DNA from: a bacterium
GTDB lineage: Bacteria > UBA8248
Length of the DNA stretch: 64,000 bases
Reading direction: 5' to 3'
NCBI GenBank assembly: GCA_965261085.1
Contig: OZ253442.1
Coordinates: 2,880,001-2,944,000, forward strand
Part shown: one piece after another, positions 9,589-19,144 of the stretch
Layout: every line of letters begins with the position of its first letter
Position numbering within the stretch: the first letter of the stretch is position 1
Notes under the pieces: model-generated
What the model was told of the DNA's origin: nothing
The model's database searches: none
The model's input: only the letters and a program-made list of their open reading frames with translations
Program-made: the position numbers and the translations under genes

Positions 9589-9763
9589 GTAGGGACAGGC
9601 CCCTGTGCCTGTCCTGACTTGTCGACCAACAAAAAGGACAACCACGGAGGCAGACATATATCTCTGACCCTACGGAATTCCTGCAACCGTAATGGAACCG
9701 TAGGGACAGGTCGCGACCTGTCCTTACGCCTTTGCTCGTCATTCCGGCGCATGCCGGAATCCA
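9589..9763. repeat. Cluster of GTAG-type REP hairpins plus a GTCATTCCGG palindrome
   Basis: GTAGGGACAGGCCCCTGTGCCTGTCC, GTAGGGACAGGTCGCGACCTGTCCTTAC, GTCATTCCGGCGCATGCCGGAATCCAG. Confidence 0.8.
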
Positions 9764-9799
9764 GGCGGACGGGAATTGAAGTAATGTCGTCTGGAAAAT

Positions 9800-9978
9800 A
9801 CTCCCCCCTTGAGGGGGAGTCGGCAAGATGAGGACAAAGTCCGAAGTCGCGCCGGTGGGGGGTCAGCCCCGACTGAGGAAGGAGGGGCTGTTGAGCAAAG
9901 AATAAGGAATCGACCCCCCACCGATTCATCCTTCGCACAAAACGCTCGGCTTCAACGACTCCCCCTCAAGGGGGGAGT
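9800..9978. repeat. Palindromic element family A copy
   Basis: Same terminal inverted repeats as 8114-8263; carries an internal covarying hairpin at 9864-9890. Confidence 0.85.
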
Positions 9979-10160
9979 AATTTCCTAACCAAAAAAGGAT
10001 GGTTCCATCGATTGGGCGGACCTGTGTGTCCGCCCAATCGACTTACGAACCCACTATGATTTGACGAAATCTCTCGTCGCCGATATACCATCGCATGTGT
10101 TCGTCGCCCGCCCTGAAGGATACCCGTTTCCATTTTGACACCGATTGAAGGAGCGAACCA

Positions 10161-11465
10161 TTGCTTGGTGTACTCTCCAAACCCAAGGACGAGATCGACA
10201 TCGCCGACATCCAGCATCTCATCGACTCTGAAGTTCCCGAGGTTGAGCAGATAGAATTCAAGAGTTCCCTGCCAGCAAAGGGAGATGGTTCTCCCGATCC
10301 TTGGATATCCGGCCAAGGGTCGATTGGAGACCGAGCGAAAAACGAAATACTGAAAGAAGCCGTCGCCTTCGCAAACGCACATGGCGGCGCTTTGCTGTTG
10401 GGTATCAAGGAGTCAGAGAGCAAGCCACCCATCGCCACAGAAATCTCGCCCATCCCGCGATGCGCGGAGTTGGCTGAACGCCTGAAGCTGATATTCCGAG
10501 ATCGCGTAGAGCCGCCGCTTCCCGTGCTTGATGTTTTCGCCGTTCCGGCAGAAGGCGAAGCGGGCGTCGTCGTCATCCGTGTCGGGCGCTCGCGGAACGC
10601 CCCCCACCGCGTTACAAAAACGCTCGTTTGCCCGGTTCGGCGAGCCGATAGATGCGAGGAGATGAGCATGCGGGAAATTCAGGATATGACATTGAACGTA
10701 TCGCGGGGTCTTGAGCGGTTGGATAAACGGCTTGCCGAACGTTCCGAACACTTCAGCGATGAATTTAAGCACCTTGAAACTCCTGAGGATGCCTTCGGCT
10801 TCCGTATGACTGCTGCTCCAGTGGGAGATGAAATTCGATTTGATCGTGTTTTTAGTCAGGGAAGAATCACGAAGGAATATGATACCCCGTGGTATACGGT
10901 TGAGCAGGAAAGCAACGGCAACAAACGAGTGTTTGATTATCCGATTGATTGGCCCCCTCAATCTTGGAGACCAATTCTGCGCGGTGCACGAGCGGAACTC
11001 GGCACTGCTTTTCCGGGAGAACTTTACAACTGTTACAGGGAGCTACATGGCGATGGGCTTGTCGAGATTGGGTTCTTCTCAGGCAGTTCGATTATCCGTG
11101 AATCGCCTTTGCCGCCGGACTGGTTTATCGTAATGTTTACGAACCTCTCTGTTTGGGCTGATCACATTCGAAAGCAAACTGATTCCCCAACAACGGAATA
11201 TGCGCTTGAGGTAGAGACACGTACTTTTGGGAACCCAGTGCTCATAGGAAATAACACTGTTTTTTTTAATGCGATGCGTTCAGGAGTAAGCGGCTTAGAG
11301 GGCCATTTCCCGAAACTATTAGATTTGAATTTCCCCAGATATTCCCTAGGCAGTAGCGATGAGATACCCAAACTCCTCGCTTTGTTTCATCGCGATTTCT
11401 GGAATGCTCTAGGTATAGATGCCGGGCAAGAAGAAAATAATTTAATAATAACGGAGGTGGCTTAA
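10161..11465 (+). CDS. AlbA_2 / Schlafen-like N-terminal domain protein
   Basis: E-x3-IEFKS, AVAFANAHGGALLLGIKE, APH, RR...MSMREI; C-terminal half unrecognised. Confidence 0.82.
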   Translation: MLGVLSKPKDEIDIADIQHLIDSEVPEVEQIEFKSSLPAKGDGSPDPWISGQGSIGDRAKNEILKEAVAFANAHGGALLLGIKESESKPPIATEISPIPRCAELAERLKLIFRDRVEPPLPVLDVFAVPAEGEAGVVVIRVGRSRNAPHRVTKTLVCPVRRADRCEEMSMREIQDMTLNVSRGLERLDKRLAERSEHFSDEFKHLETPEDAFGFRMTAAPVGDEIRFDRVFSQGRITKEYDTPWYTVEQESNGNKRVFDYPIDWPPQSWRPILRGARAELGTAFPGELYNCYRELHGDGLVEIGFFSGSSIIRESPLPPDWFIVMFTNLSVWADHIRKQTDSPTTEYALEVETRTFGNPVLIGNNTVFFNAMRSGVSGLEGHFPKLLDLNFPRYSLGSSDEIPKLLALFHRDFWNALGIDAGQEENNLIITEVA

Positions 11466-11484
11466 TCAGGCGGTTCGCGAATTG

Positions 11485-11664
11485 TGGGGCAACCCCGAGG
11501 AGGGGTTCGCCCCTACCCCACTCTATAACGCTACTCAACAAACAGGGCAGACACACAGGTCTGCCCCTACAAAGCAATTGCCCTTTTCTTCATCCAATAA
11601 CGCGACGCGGGGTAATCCGAACCGCAAGGTGGCTTCAAGGGACGCATATATGCGTCCCCTACAC
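11485..11664. repeat. Cluster of reverse-orientation GTAG-type REP hairpins
   Basis: GGGCAGACACACAGGTCTGCCCCTAC, GGGACGCATATATGCGTCCCCTAC, GGGGCAACCCC...GGGGTTCGCCCCTAC. Confidence 0.75.
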
Positions 11665-11722
11665 CTCCATATCAAACGGCTACGCGAAACCCCCTCCCCC
11701 ACAATCCCCGCCAGCATGAAAC

Positions 11723-12073
11723 CTACGCCGTGGCTTCCTCGCGCAGGGGTTTCGTAAACGCGATGGCGGCCACGTCGAAGTACTCGAGGCTCGCGTTGTT
11801 CGCCCGGCGGAAGCTGCGCTGTTTCTCGGAGTTGAACCAGGCGTCGGCGGTGGCCTTGTCCTCGAAGTGATAGACGGACGCCATGCGGCCCGCCTCCTCG
11901 TTCATGCCCCACGTCTTGTCGATGAGGCCGGGCACTTCGTTCTCGAAAAAGGCTGCGGATTTCTCCTTGTCCTCACGAACCTCGGCGAGCGTGGGCGCAA
12001 CGGCGGGATAGTGTAGAATGACCATCATCATCATAAAGTCCTCCTGGGTGTCTGGATTGGCTTTGGTTGTCAT
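11723..12073 (-). CDS. YdhR-like putative monooxygenase (dimeric alpha/beta barrel)
   Basis: VPGLIDKTW, SVYHFEDKATADAWFNSE; start uncertain (run of Met codons near 12034). Confidence 0.6.
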   Translation of the reverse strand: MTTKANPDTQEDFMMMMVILHYPAVAPTLAEVREDKEKSAAFFENEVPGLIDKTWGMNEEAGRMASVYHFEDKATADAWFNSEKQRSFRRANNASLEYFDVAAIAFTKPLREEATA

Positions 12074-12200
12074 CGTCCTTTTGATGTTCTGCGGGCAATG
12101 ATAGCCCAGGGGAGCGAATCCGCCAAACGCTGTAAGGGCGCGCAGTAGCCGGAAATTTAAGCAAGCAAGAAAACTTCAAGCGAAAAAGGAGTGCGAACAG

Positions 12201-13148
12201 ATGAGTGAGGCGGCGTATCAGGAGATATACGAACGGGCGCAAGCGAACCTGGAAAAATCAGGCGCGGAAAACCCCTACGACATCCTGGGGCCCGACCTGC
12301 CCGGCACCGAGACGGCGCTGGCGGGGTATGAGCGATTCGGCTTGAGAATGCGCCTGATGCTGACGGATAAGGCGGATACCGGGTTCGACTTCATGGGCAA
12401 GAAGCTCAGATGCCCCGTCATGACGGGTTCGATGAGCGCGAACACCCTGGCGGCCCACTGGGCGGATGGTTTCTTGCAAGTCGCCGAGGGCGCGGCGCGT
12501 TTCGGAACGCAATACTGGATAGGCGACTGTGAGGATGATACCTGGCGCGAGGCCGCAGCCTCCTACCCATCCGCCATCCGGGTCGTGAAGCCCTGGCGGG
12601 ACAAGCAGCGCACCTTGGCCTCGCTCAAACTCGCGGAAGACACAGGCGCGTTCGCCGTAGGCATGGATTTCGAATCGGGCTTTTACAACCCCGAATGCGA
12701 ACCGCAAAGAGCGGATGCGCTCGAGGGCTACGTGAAGGCCACGGGTCTTCCCTTCGTATTCAAGGCGGTGGGCTCGGTCGAGACCGCGCGCATCGCCCGC
12801 GACGCCGGGGCTGCGGCAATCATCGTCACCACGCACGGCGGAGCTCACGGGCCTTCGTGGGGCCACCCCGTGGAAATTCTCCCTGAGATCGTGGACGCGG
12901 TGGGGGACGACGTGCTCGTGCTGGCGGAAAGCGGCGTCCGTAGAGGAGACGACGTTTTGAAACTCCTGGCCCGTGGGGCCAAGGGGGTGACTTCGGGCCG
13001 GGGCCTCGTGCTCGGGCTGTTCGCAGGCGGACCGGCAGGCGTGGTCGAGATGCTGGAACTTTTGGAAGAAGAACTCAAAAAATCCATGGTCATGGCGGGT
13101 TGCAAGGATTTGGCCTCGATTTCCGGGGATATCCTGATCCCGAGGTAG
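12201..13148 (+). CDS. FMN-dependent alpha-hydroxy acid oxidase/dehydrogenase family protein
   Basis: LPFVFK, AGAAAIIVTTHGG, ESGVRRGDDVLKLLARGA, GR, EEELKKSMVMAGC. Confidence 0.82.
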   Translation: MSEAAYQEIYERAQANLEKSGAENPYDILGPDLPGTETALAGYERFGLRMRLMLTDKADTGFDFMGKKLRCPVMTGSMSANTLAAHWADGFLQVAEGAARFGTQYWIGDCEDDTWREAAASYPSAIRVVKPWRDKQRTLASLKLAEDTGAFAVGMDFESGFYNPECEPQRADALEGYVKATGLPFVFKAVGSVETARIARDAGAAAIIVTTHGGAHGPSWGHPVEILPEIVDAVGDDVLVLAESGVRRGDDVLKLLARGAKGVTSGRGLVLGLFAGGPAGVVEMLELLEEELKKSMVMAGCKDLASISGDILIPR

Positions 13149-13249
13149 GTCGAACCCGACAGAGGAGGGAGGGTTCGCCGACTGAAGAAGGAGCGATTGC
13201 GGTTTCCCGACCGAAGAGGTTTGCACTTCTCCTTATGACCTTCAATATC

Positions 13250-13427
13250 ACTCCCCCCTTGAGGGGGAGTCGGTGAGGTAAGGGCGCAAGCCCTCAAGCG
13301 AACCGGTGGGGGGTCAACCTTGACTGAGGAAGGCGAGGCTGCCAAGCGAGGAACGAGGAATTCACCCCCCACCAGCGCGACTTCGGGCTTCGCCCTCGTC
13401 TTGCTGACTCCCCCTCAAGGGGGGAGT
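13250..13427. repeat. Palindromic element family A copy
   Basis: Same terminal inverted repeats; internal hairpin at 13315-13341. Confidence 0.85.
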
Positions 13428-13505
13428 AATGGCTCGATGACAGCAATCTTCGGTTCGAAATTGTAGGGGCGGGCCCCTGTGCCCGCCCTCGTATGTTGGT
13501 TGCCA

Positions 13506-14597
13506 TCACACCGCATCGGGCAAAAGCGGCAAAAGGTATTTCCCGAAATTGCGGGCTTCCTCATCATGCGGCCAGCCGGAGAGGATGAACGTGGTCGCGC
13601 CCACCTCGATGTACTCGCGCATGGCGTCGGCCACCACCTCGGGGCTTCCCACGAGCATGGTGCCCGCCCCCTGGCGCACGAGGTTGATGCCGGAGAAAAG
13701 CGCAGGGCCGTGCCAGAGTTTTCCCTCCGCCGTCATGGCGTTCATGCGCTGCTGGGAGACGGATTCCACCTGTCCTGCGATCTCTCCAGTGACGGATGAA
13801 CTCTCCCCGTAAGAGGCCGTGCCCGCGATGATGGCCTCGGCCTCTTCCCTGGCCTGCGCGTCGTCCTCGCGCACCAGAATATGGAAGCGCACGCCGAGCT
13901 TGAGATCGCGGCCATGCTCCTCGCGCGCCATTTTCTTCACCTCCTCAAATTCCTCGGCTATCTGCCAGGGGGGTTCCCCCCATTTGAGGAAAACGTCGGC
14001 GTGTTTGGCGATGACTTTTTTCGCCGCGGGCGAGCTTCCCCCGAAATAAAGGGGAGGCCCTCCCCTGCGCGCGGGGCCGGGGAAGACGAAGCCGTCCTCC
14101 ACCTGGTAGTGCGCGCCCTCGTAGTTGACCCTGGCATCCTCATCCGCCCAGAACGCGCGCACGATGTCCAGAAACTCGTCTGCCCGCTCATAGCGCCCGT
14201 CATGATCCGCCCAGTCCCCGTAGCGGCGCGCATCCACGGATGATCCGCCGGGCACGACGTTCACCGTGAGCCTCCCGCCCGAGATGAGATCGAGCGTATT
14301 CGCCTGCTGCACGGCGAAGGTCGGCGTGGTGAGGCCGGGCCTTATGGCGACGCAGAATTTTATACTCCTGGTTTCACGCGCAATCGCCGAGGCGAGGAGC
14401 CAGCCGTCAGAACACGAGGTGTTGCACGGAATGAGCATGTTCGTAAGGCCGCTCACCTCCGCCGTTTTAGCCACGTGGACGAGATAGTCGATTTCGGGGG
14501 GAATCTCGACCTCGCCGGTGCCGAGCCTGGTGGCGTCGCCCCTTTTGTTCGAGGGCAGATACCAGGCGTATTCGATGGGTTGTTTCTTGGTGGTCAT
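13506..14597 (-). CDS. LLM-class monooxygenase, SsuD-like
   Basis: VAIRPG, TLDLISGGRLTVNVVPG, RYERADEFL, PPLYFGGSS, WGEP, LVGSPEVVA, FILSGWPH. Confidence 0.9.
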   Translation of the reverse strand: MTTKKQPIEYAWYLPSNKRGDATRLGTGEVEIPPEIDYLVHVAKTAEVSGLTNMLIPCNTSCSDGWLLASAIARETRSIKFCVAIRPGLTTPTFAVQQANTLDLISGGRLTVNVVPGGSSVDARRYGDWADHDGRYERADEFLDIVRAFWADEDARVNYEGAHYQVEDGFVFPGPARRGGPPLYFGGSSPAAKKVIAKHADVFLKWGEPPWQIAEEFEEVKKMAREEHGRDLKLGVRFHILVREDDAQAREEAEAIIAGTASYGESSSVTGEIAGQVESVSQQRMNAMTAEGKLWHGPALFSGINLVRQGAGTMLVGSPEVVADAMREYIEVGATTFILSGWPHDEEARNFGKYLLPLLPDAV

Positions 14598-14772
14598 TGC
14601 GTGTGCGTCCTTTAATGCTGTGTTTCATTAAATAAAAATTCGCGTCGTGCCGCCCGGCCCGTAAGTTTGCGAATAAAAACACCCCGCCCGCAAGGGGGCG
14701 AGACATTTAATATGAGCGCCTGCAGATAGCGCGTGGCGGCGGATGCGACGCGCCTCAGGACGCGGTGAGGAC

Positions 14773-16698
14773 TCAGCCGATCATGCCGCCGTCGTCGCGC
14801 GTGATGGCGACCACGGACGAGCGGGGCGTGGTGTCGCCGCCGTCGGGGAAATGGCTGTCTCCCTTTTTCTCGCCGGGGTGCTGGATGCCCACGAACATGG
14901 TCTTCCCGTCCGCGCTCCACTCGATGCCCGTGACCTCGCATTGTCTGGGACCCACCATGAAGCGGCGGATCTCGCCCGTCACCGGGTCGCCCACGAGCAT
15001 CTGGTTGTTGCCCTGCCCGGCGAAGCCCTTGGTGTTCGTGTATTTCCCGTCGGTCTGAATCCACAACATGCCGTTTTTGTCGAACGCGAGGCCGTCGGGC
15101 GAGTTGAACATGTTATAGGGCGTGACGTTTTTGGAACCCGCGTTCGCGCCCTTGTGGACGGCGGGGTTGCCCGCGACCACGTAGAGGTCCCACGAGAAGG
15201 CCGTCGAGAGATGATCGCCTCCGTCCGGCGCCCAGCGCACGATCTGCCCGTAGCGGTTGTTCGCCCGGGGGTTCGGCCCGCCGACGGGAGTGGCGTCGCC
15301 GCCCTTGTTGGGCTTCTTGCCCCGGTTCTTGTTGTTGGTGAGACAGCAGAAGACTTCCGCTTTCTTGGGGTTCGCAGCCACCCACTCGGCGCGGTCCATG
15401 GTGGTGGCTGCAACAGCGGAGGCCGCGATGCGCGTGTCGATGCATATCTCCGCCTGAGAGGCCATTCCCGTGGTTTTGGGCGTAAGCTCCACCCACTCGC
15501 CCCGGCCGTTTTCGTCGAACTTCGCCGCGAAGAGTTTTCCGGTTTCTAAGAGATTCGAGTTGTCCCCGCTCTCGGCGTAGCGCCCATCGCTCACGAACTT
15601 GTAGATGAACTCGCCGCGCTCGTCATCGCCCATGTAGACGACCACCCGGCCGCCTGCGGCGAGCACGACTTCTCCGTTCTCGTGCTTGAAGCGCCCGAGC
15701 GCGGTGCGCTTTTTGGGCGTGGACTTGGGGTCGAGCGGGTCGATCTCGACGATGTAGCCCGCGCGGTTCGGCTCGTTGGGGTGTTTTGCGATGTCGAAAC
15801 GCTCATCCGTCGTCTCCCAGCGATATCCCCAGCCCTTGGCGCCTACGCCGTAACGCTTGAACGCGGGCCCAATCTCGATGTCGGGGTCGCTCGATGAGAA
15901 GTAGCCGTGAAAATTCTCCTCACACGTGAGATACGTGCCCCAGGGCGTCGCGCCGTTTCCGCAGTTGTTCCAGGTGCCGAGCGAGCGCACACCTTGAGGA
16001 TCCGCGGCCGTCTTCATGAGCGCATGGCCCCGGGCGGGTCCGGTGATGTCCATCGGCGTGTCGGGCGTGATCTTGCGGTTATAAGGCGAGTCTTTGACGA
16101 TCGACCATCTACCGTTCTTCCGGGCAATCTCCATGACGGACACCCCGTGGGCCGCTTTGCTCTTTCTCACGTCGTCTGCGGTCGCTGGCTTTCCCCCGCC
16201 CACCCCGCCGTGGATGATGTCCACGTTCACGTATTCGTTGTTGACGGCGAGGACGTTCTTGCCCCCGGCTTGGAAGAGCGACATGCCGTCGTTGTTGTCG
16301 CCGAAGGCGAGTTCCTGGCTCGCGCCCGTGCCGCGCGTCGCGTGGTCAAACTCGGGTCCTCGCGTCCACATGGGGTCTCCCCACCTTGCGACGACGTGCC
16401 AGTTGTAGCCCTTGGGCACGGTGATCGTATCGAGCGTATTGGCGGGCACGGCCTCGAAGCCGAAGCGGTTCGAACCGGCAAAGGCGGAGAGCGGGTCGAC
16501 CCCTCCCGCGCTCATGACGAACGCCGTCGCGGCGAAGGCCGCCCCCCGGCTCAGGAAGCCCCGCCGGGAGATCATCTTGTCCACCAGCTTTTCGAAATCA
16601 GTCGCTTGCGGCCGCGGATAGTGGATTTCGTCGAACTCATCCGGCGAGCATTCCTCATGCGCGGCGAGCTGCGCGTCGCGCGTTCGGTCTTCGTGCAT
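14773..16698 (-). CDS. phoX: PhoX-family alkaline phosphatase (Tat-exported)
   Basis: Tat motif SRRGFL, GDNNDGM, VNNEY, NNCGNGATPWGTYLTCEEN, GRFKHE, MDRAEW, FNSPDGL, IQHPG. Confidence 0.93.
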   Translation of the reverse strand: MHEDRTRDAQLAAHEECSPDEFDEIHYPRPQATDFEKLVDKMISRRGFLSRGAAFAATAFVMSAGGVDPLSAFAGSNRFGFEAVPANTLDTITVPKGYNWHVVARWGDPMWTRGPEFDHATRGTGASQELAFGDNNDGMSLFQAGGKNVLAVNNEYVNVDIIHGGVGGGKPATADDVRKSKAAHGVSVMEIARKNGRWSIVKDSPYNRKITPDTPMDITGPARGHALMKTAADPQGVRSLGTWNNCGNGATPWGTYLTCEENFHGYFSSSDPDIEIGPAFKRYGVGAKGWGYRWETTDERFDIAKHPNEPNRAGYIVEIDPLDPKSTPKKRTALGRFKHENGEVVLAAGGRVVVYMGDDERGEFIYKFVSDGRYAESGDNSNLLETGKLFAAKFDENGRGEWVELTPKTTGMASQAEICIDTRIAASAVAATTMDRAEWVAANPKKAEVFCCLTNNKNRGKKPNKGGDATPVGGPNPRANNRYGQIVRWAPDGGDHLSTAFSWDLYVVAGNPAVHKGANAGSKNVTPYNMFNSPDGLAFDKNGMLWIQTDGKYTNTKGFAGQGNNQMLVGDPVTGEIRRFMVGPRQCEVTGIEWSADGKTMFVGIQHPGEKKGDSHFPDGGDTTPRSSVVAITRDDGGMIG

Positions 16699-16773
16699 TT
16701 CCGCTTCCCCCACGTTGTGAGATTCGGGCCAATTCTCGGCGCTTGGGCGCGCCCGCATCAGTCATCTGCGCGG

Positions 16774-16828
16774 ATTATAGCGGCCTCTCATCTCACGCGC
16801 GTTACAAAATGGTGGAAAGTTCATGAAA
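16774..16828 (-). promoter_or_regulatory. Putative Pho-box promoter of phoX
   Basis: Minus strand TTTCAT / TTCCAC / TGTAAC at 11-bp spacing, then TATAAT at 16779-16774. Confidence 0.55.
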
Positions 16829-16929
16829 AACGGGCGATGGCGGTCAACCCCGAACAAGGAGGGGTTGTTGAAAAACCCGGTTTCGAGAGCGGGCGCGTTC
16901 CTCTCGTCTTGCATGGCCACCATATCGAC

Positions 16930-17070
16930 CTCACCCTGAGTAGCCGCCGAAGGTCAAGCGCGACTGAGAAAGGAGCGTTTGTATCGAAGGGCGCTCCCCT
17001 TCGATGCGCTCCCGATGCGCCCCGGCTCTCCCTCGATACGGCGCGCGAGCGCGCCTACTCGGGATGAGGG
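16930..17070. repeat. Palindromic REP-like element with embedded covarying hairpin
   Basis: CCCTGAGTAG...GTATCGAAGGG paired with CCCTCGATACG...CTACTCGGGATGAGG; hairpin at 16955-16981. Confidence 0.6.
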
Positions 17071-17124
17071 TGGAGTGACGTCGCGGGTAAAACGCGAGTG
17101 ATGAATGTCAAATCCGAGTGAGGA

Positions 17125-17316
17125 GGGGTTGTTGAAAAAGACCCCTTTTTAGAGAGTAGAGGGGACACCCCTTTCGACTGGTAAAAGCAACCCCCCTGTC
17201 CCCCCTTGTCAGGGGGGCTTTTCTTCCACCCCCTCGTCGGGGGGCATCGCCTTTACCCCCCTGACAAGGGGGGACAGGGGGGTTGCTCCCTTGACAAAGG
17301 CTTTTTCAACAGCCCC
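17125..17316. mobile_element. MITE family B with 5-bp target duplication (GAGGA)
   Basis: Terminal inverted repeats GGGGTTGTTGAAAAAG / CTTTTTCAACAGCCCC; GAGGA at 17120-17124 and 17317-17321; related copy at 54008-54289. Confidence 0.8.
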
Positions 17317-17576
17317 GAGGAGCGAGGATTTGTTTGCCGCGAGTGATGAATGTCAAACCGAGTGAGGAGCGAGGATTTGTTTGCAGACCGACGAGGAGGT
17401 ATTACGCGCATGGGCGGCGAATGCGCCGCAGGCATTTCCCTTGAGGGACTTTTTCAACTCCCCCTCAAGGTGGGAGTGAATATATGACTACTCACCTTTT
17501 GTGACGTAGGGATAGGACGAGACCTATTCGGGTCCTTCCCCTCCCCGGTCGCGATTAATCGCCGCGCCGGAACGGC

Positions 17577-18614
17577 TCAAGCCGATTCGAGCGCCGCTTC
17601 GACCTTGCGCGCCACGTCGGCCGGAACCCAGTTCTTCCAGACCTTGTTGGTCTTCAAGAAATGGATCGCGGTGGCCGCGGCGTCGCCGCCGGCTTTTTTT
17701 TCGAGATAGGAGAGCATCTTCGAGACGAGCTCGGACGAGAGGACGTACTTCTCGATGAAGGCGACGGCCTCGGGGTTTTCGGCCGCGAACTTCGCCGTGA
17801 CCGACTTCAGAAGCGCCATCGTCCGGTAGGCGGTCGCCTTCTTGGGATTCCCCATCGCCTCCACCCCGCCCTTCTTGAGCGCGTTCGCGTGTTTCATCAT
17901 CTCGTCCCAGTCGGCCTCGCTCCACGCAGGCTCCTCGAGCTGGACGAGGTCGAGTTGTCCCAGGAGCGGCGTCGGCGCCCAGTAATAGGCCAGGATCGGC
18001 TTTTTCTTGAGATACGCACCCTTGATGGCCGCCGCGAGCGCGCCGCCCGAGCCGGGCCGGAAATTGGTGAAGTGTTTTTCCAGCCCGTAGGCGCGCAGCT
18101 TCACCGTGTTGATGACCTCGCACGCCCAACCGGGTATGCAGTTCACGAACCGGCCCTTGGAGGGTTCTTCAGGGTCCTTGAAGAGGCGCTTGTACTTCGC
18201 CAGATCGTAAACCGATTTAAGGCCCGGGTTCGCCTTCTGGACGTAGCGCGGTATGAACCAGCCCTGAATGCTGTCGGGCGTGTTGACGCCCAGCATCTTG
18301 ACCTTGCCGCTCTTCATGGCGAGGTCGTACTGATCCTTCGTGCTGTCGTACCAAAGCTCCATGATCAGGTCGTTCTTCCCCTCGTAGTGGGCCGCCATGG
18401 TCGGCAGCGTGCCGCCGTAGATGAGCCGCACCCGGCAGCCGTAACCGTGCTTCAGGATGAAGGCCACCACCTGATCGTGAAAATTGGCGCTGTCCCAGTT
18501 CAGGTCGCCGATACGAACACTGCAGGCGGCGTCCGCTCTGCCGGGGCCGGAGACGAGAAGCGCCGGCCCGATGATGACGATGAAAACGACGATAATCAAA
18601 AACTTGAGCTTCAT
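17577..18614 (-). CDS. Glycine betaine/proline ABC substrate-binding protein (ProX/OpuAC-like)
   Basis: LNWDS, ILKHGYG, MELW, QGWFIPRYV, FKDPEEPSKGRFVNCIPGWAC, YYWAPT. Confidence 0.88.
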   Translation of the reverse strand: MKLKFLIIVVFIVIIGPALLVSGPGRADAACSVRIGDLNWDSANFHDQVVAFILKHGYGCRVRLIYGGTLPTMAAHYEGKNDLIMELWYDSTKDQYDLAMKSGKVKMLGVNTPDSIQGWFIPRYVQKANPGLKSVYDLAKYKRLFKDPEEPSKGRFVNCIPGWACEVINTVKLRAYGLEKHFTNFRPGSGGALAAAIKGAYLKKKPILAYYWAPTPLLGQLDLVQLEEPAWSEADWDEMMKHANALKKGGVEAMGNPKKATAYRTMALLKSVTAKFAAENPEAVAFIEKYVLSSELVSKMLSYLEKKAGGDAAATAIHFLKTNKVWKNWVPADVARKVEAALESA

Positions 18615-18768
18615 GACCGGCCTCCGATGTGTAGGCATTCCGGACGGGATGCCCTCCACTTGTGCATGCGGGTTTTTGGAAGATGAAAATATAGGACGCA
18701 GACCCTGCAAGTCAAACCTGTGGAAATTAGGCTTTGAGTGTAGGGTGTGTGATGAGAGATTGGGAATC

Positions 18769-18937
18769 ACTCCCCCCTTGAGGGTCAAACCCGATTGAGG
18801 AATGAGGGATTGTCGGTGAGGTAAGGGCGTAAGCCCGTAAGCGAACCGGTGGGGGGAGTTTTATTTGAGAATCGCCCCCCACCGCATCAGCCTCGTCCAA
18901 GGACTCGGCTTCTGCGACTCCCCCTCAAGGGGGGAGT
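18769..18937. repeat. Palindromic element family A copy
   Basis: Same terminal inverted repeats; left one interrupted by a hairpin at 18786-18812. Confidence 0.8.
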
Positions 18938-19144
18938 GATTCCGAATACCTAGTTTTTTCTACTTGCCGACGAACTCCCCATTTCGGAGAAGCCCGATCC
19001 CTAAAGGGGGGAATAATTCCCAACTTTGCGTCACGCCCCCCTCCCCCGCCCGCGCTTCCCAAAGGCGCGCGCAGCCTGTAGATTAAAAGCCGTCAATTTT
19101 AGGCCCACAACACCCTGAGAACGCCTCATCGCCCCGAGAACCGG

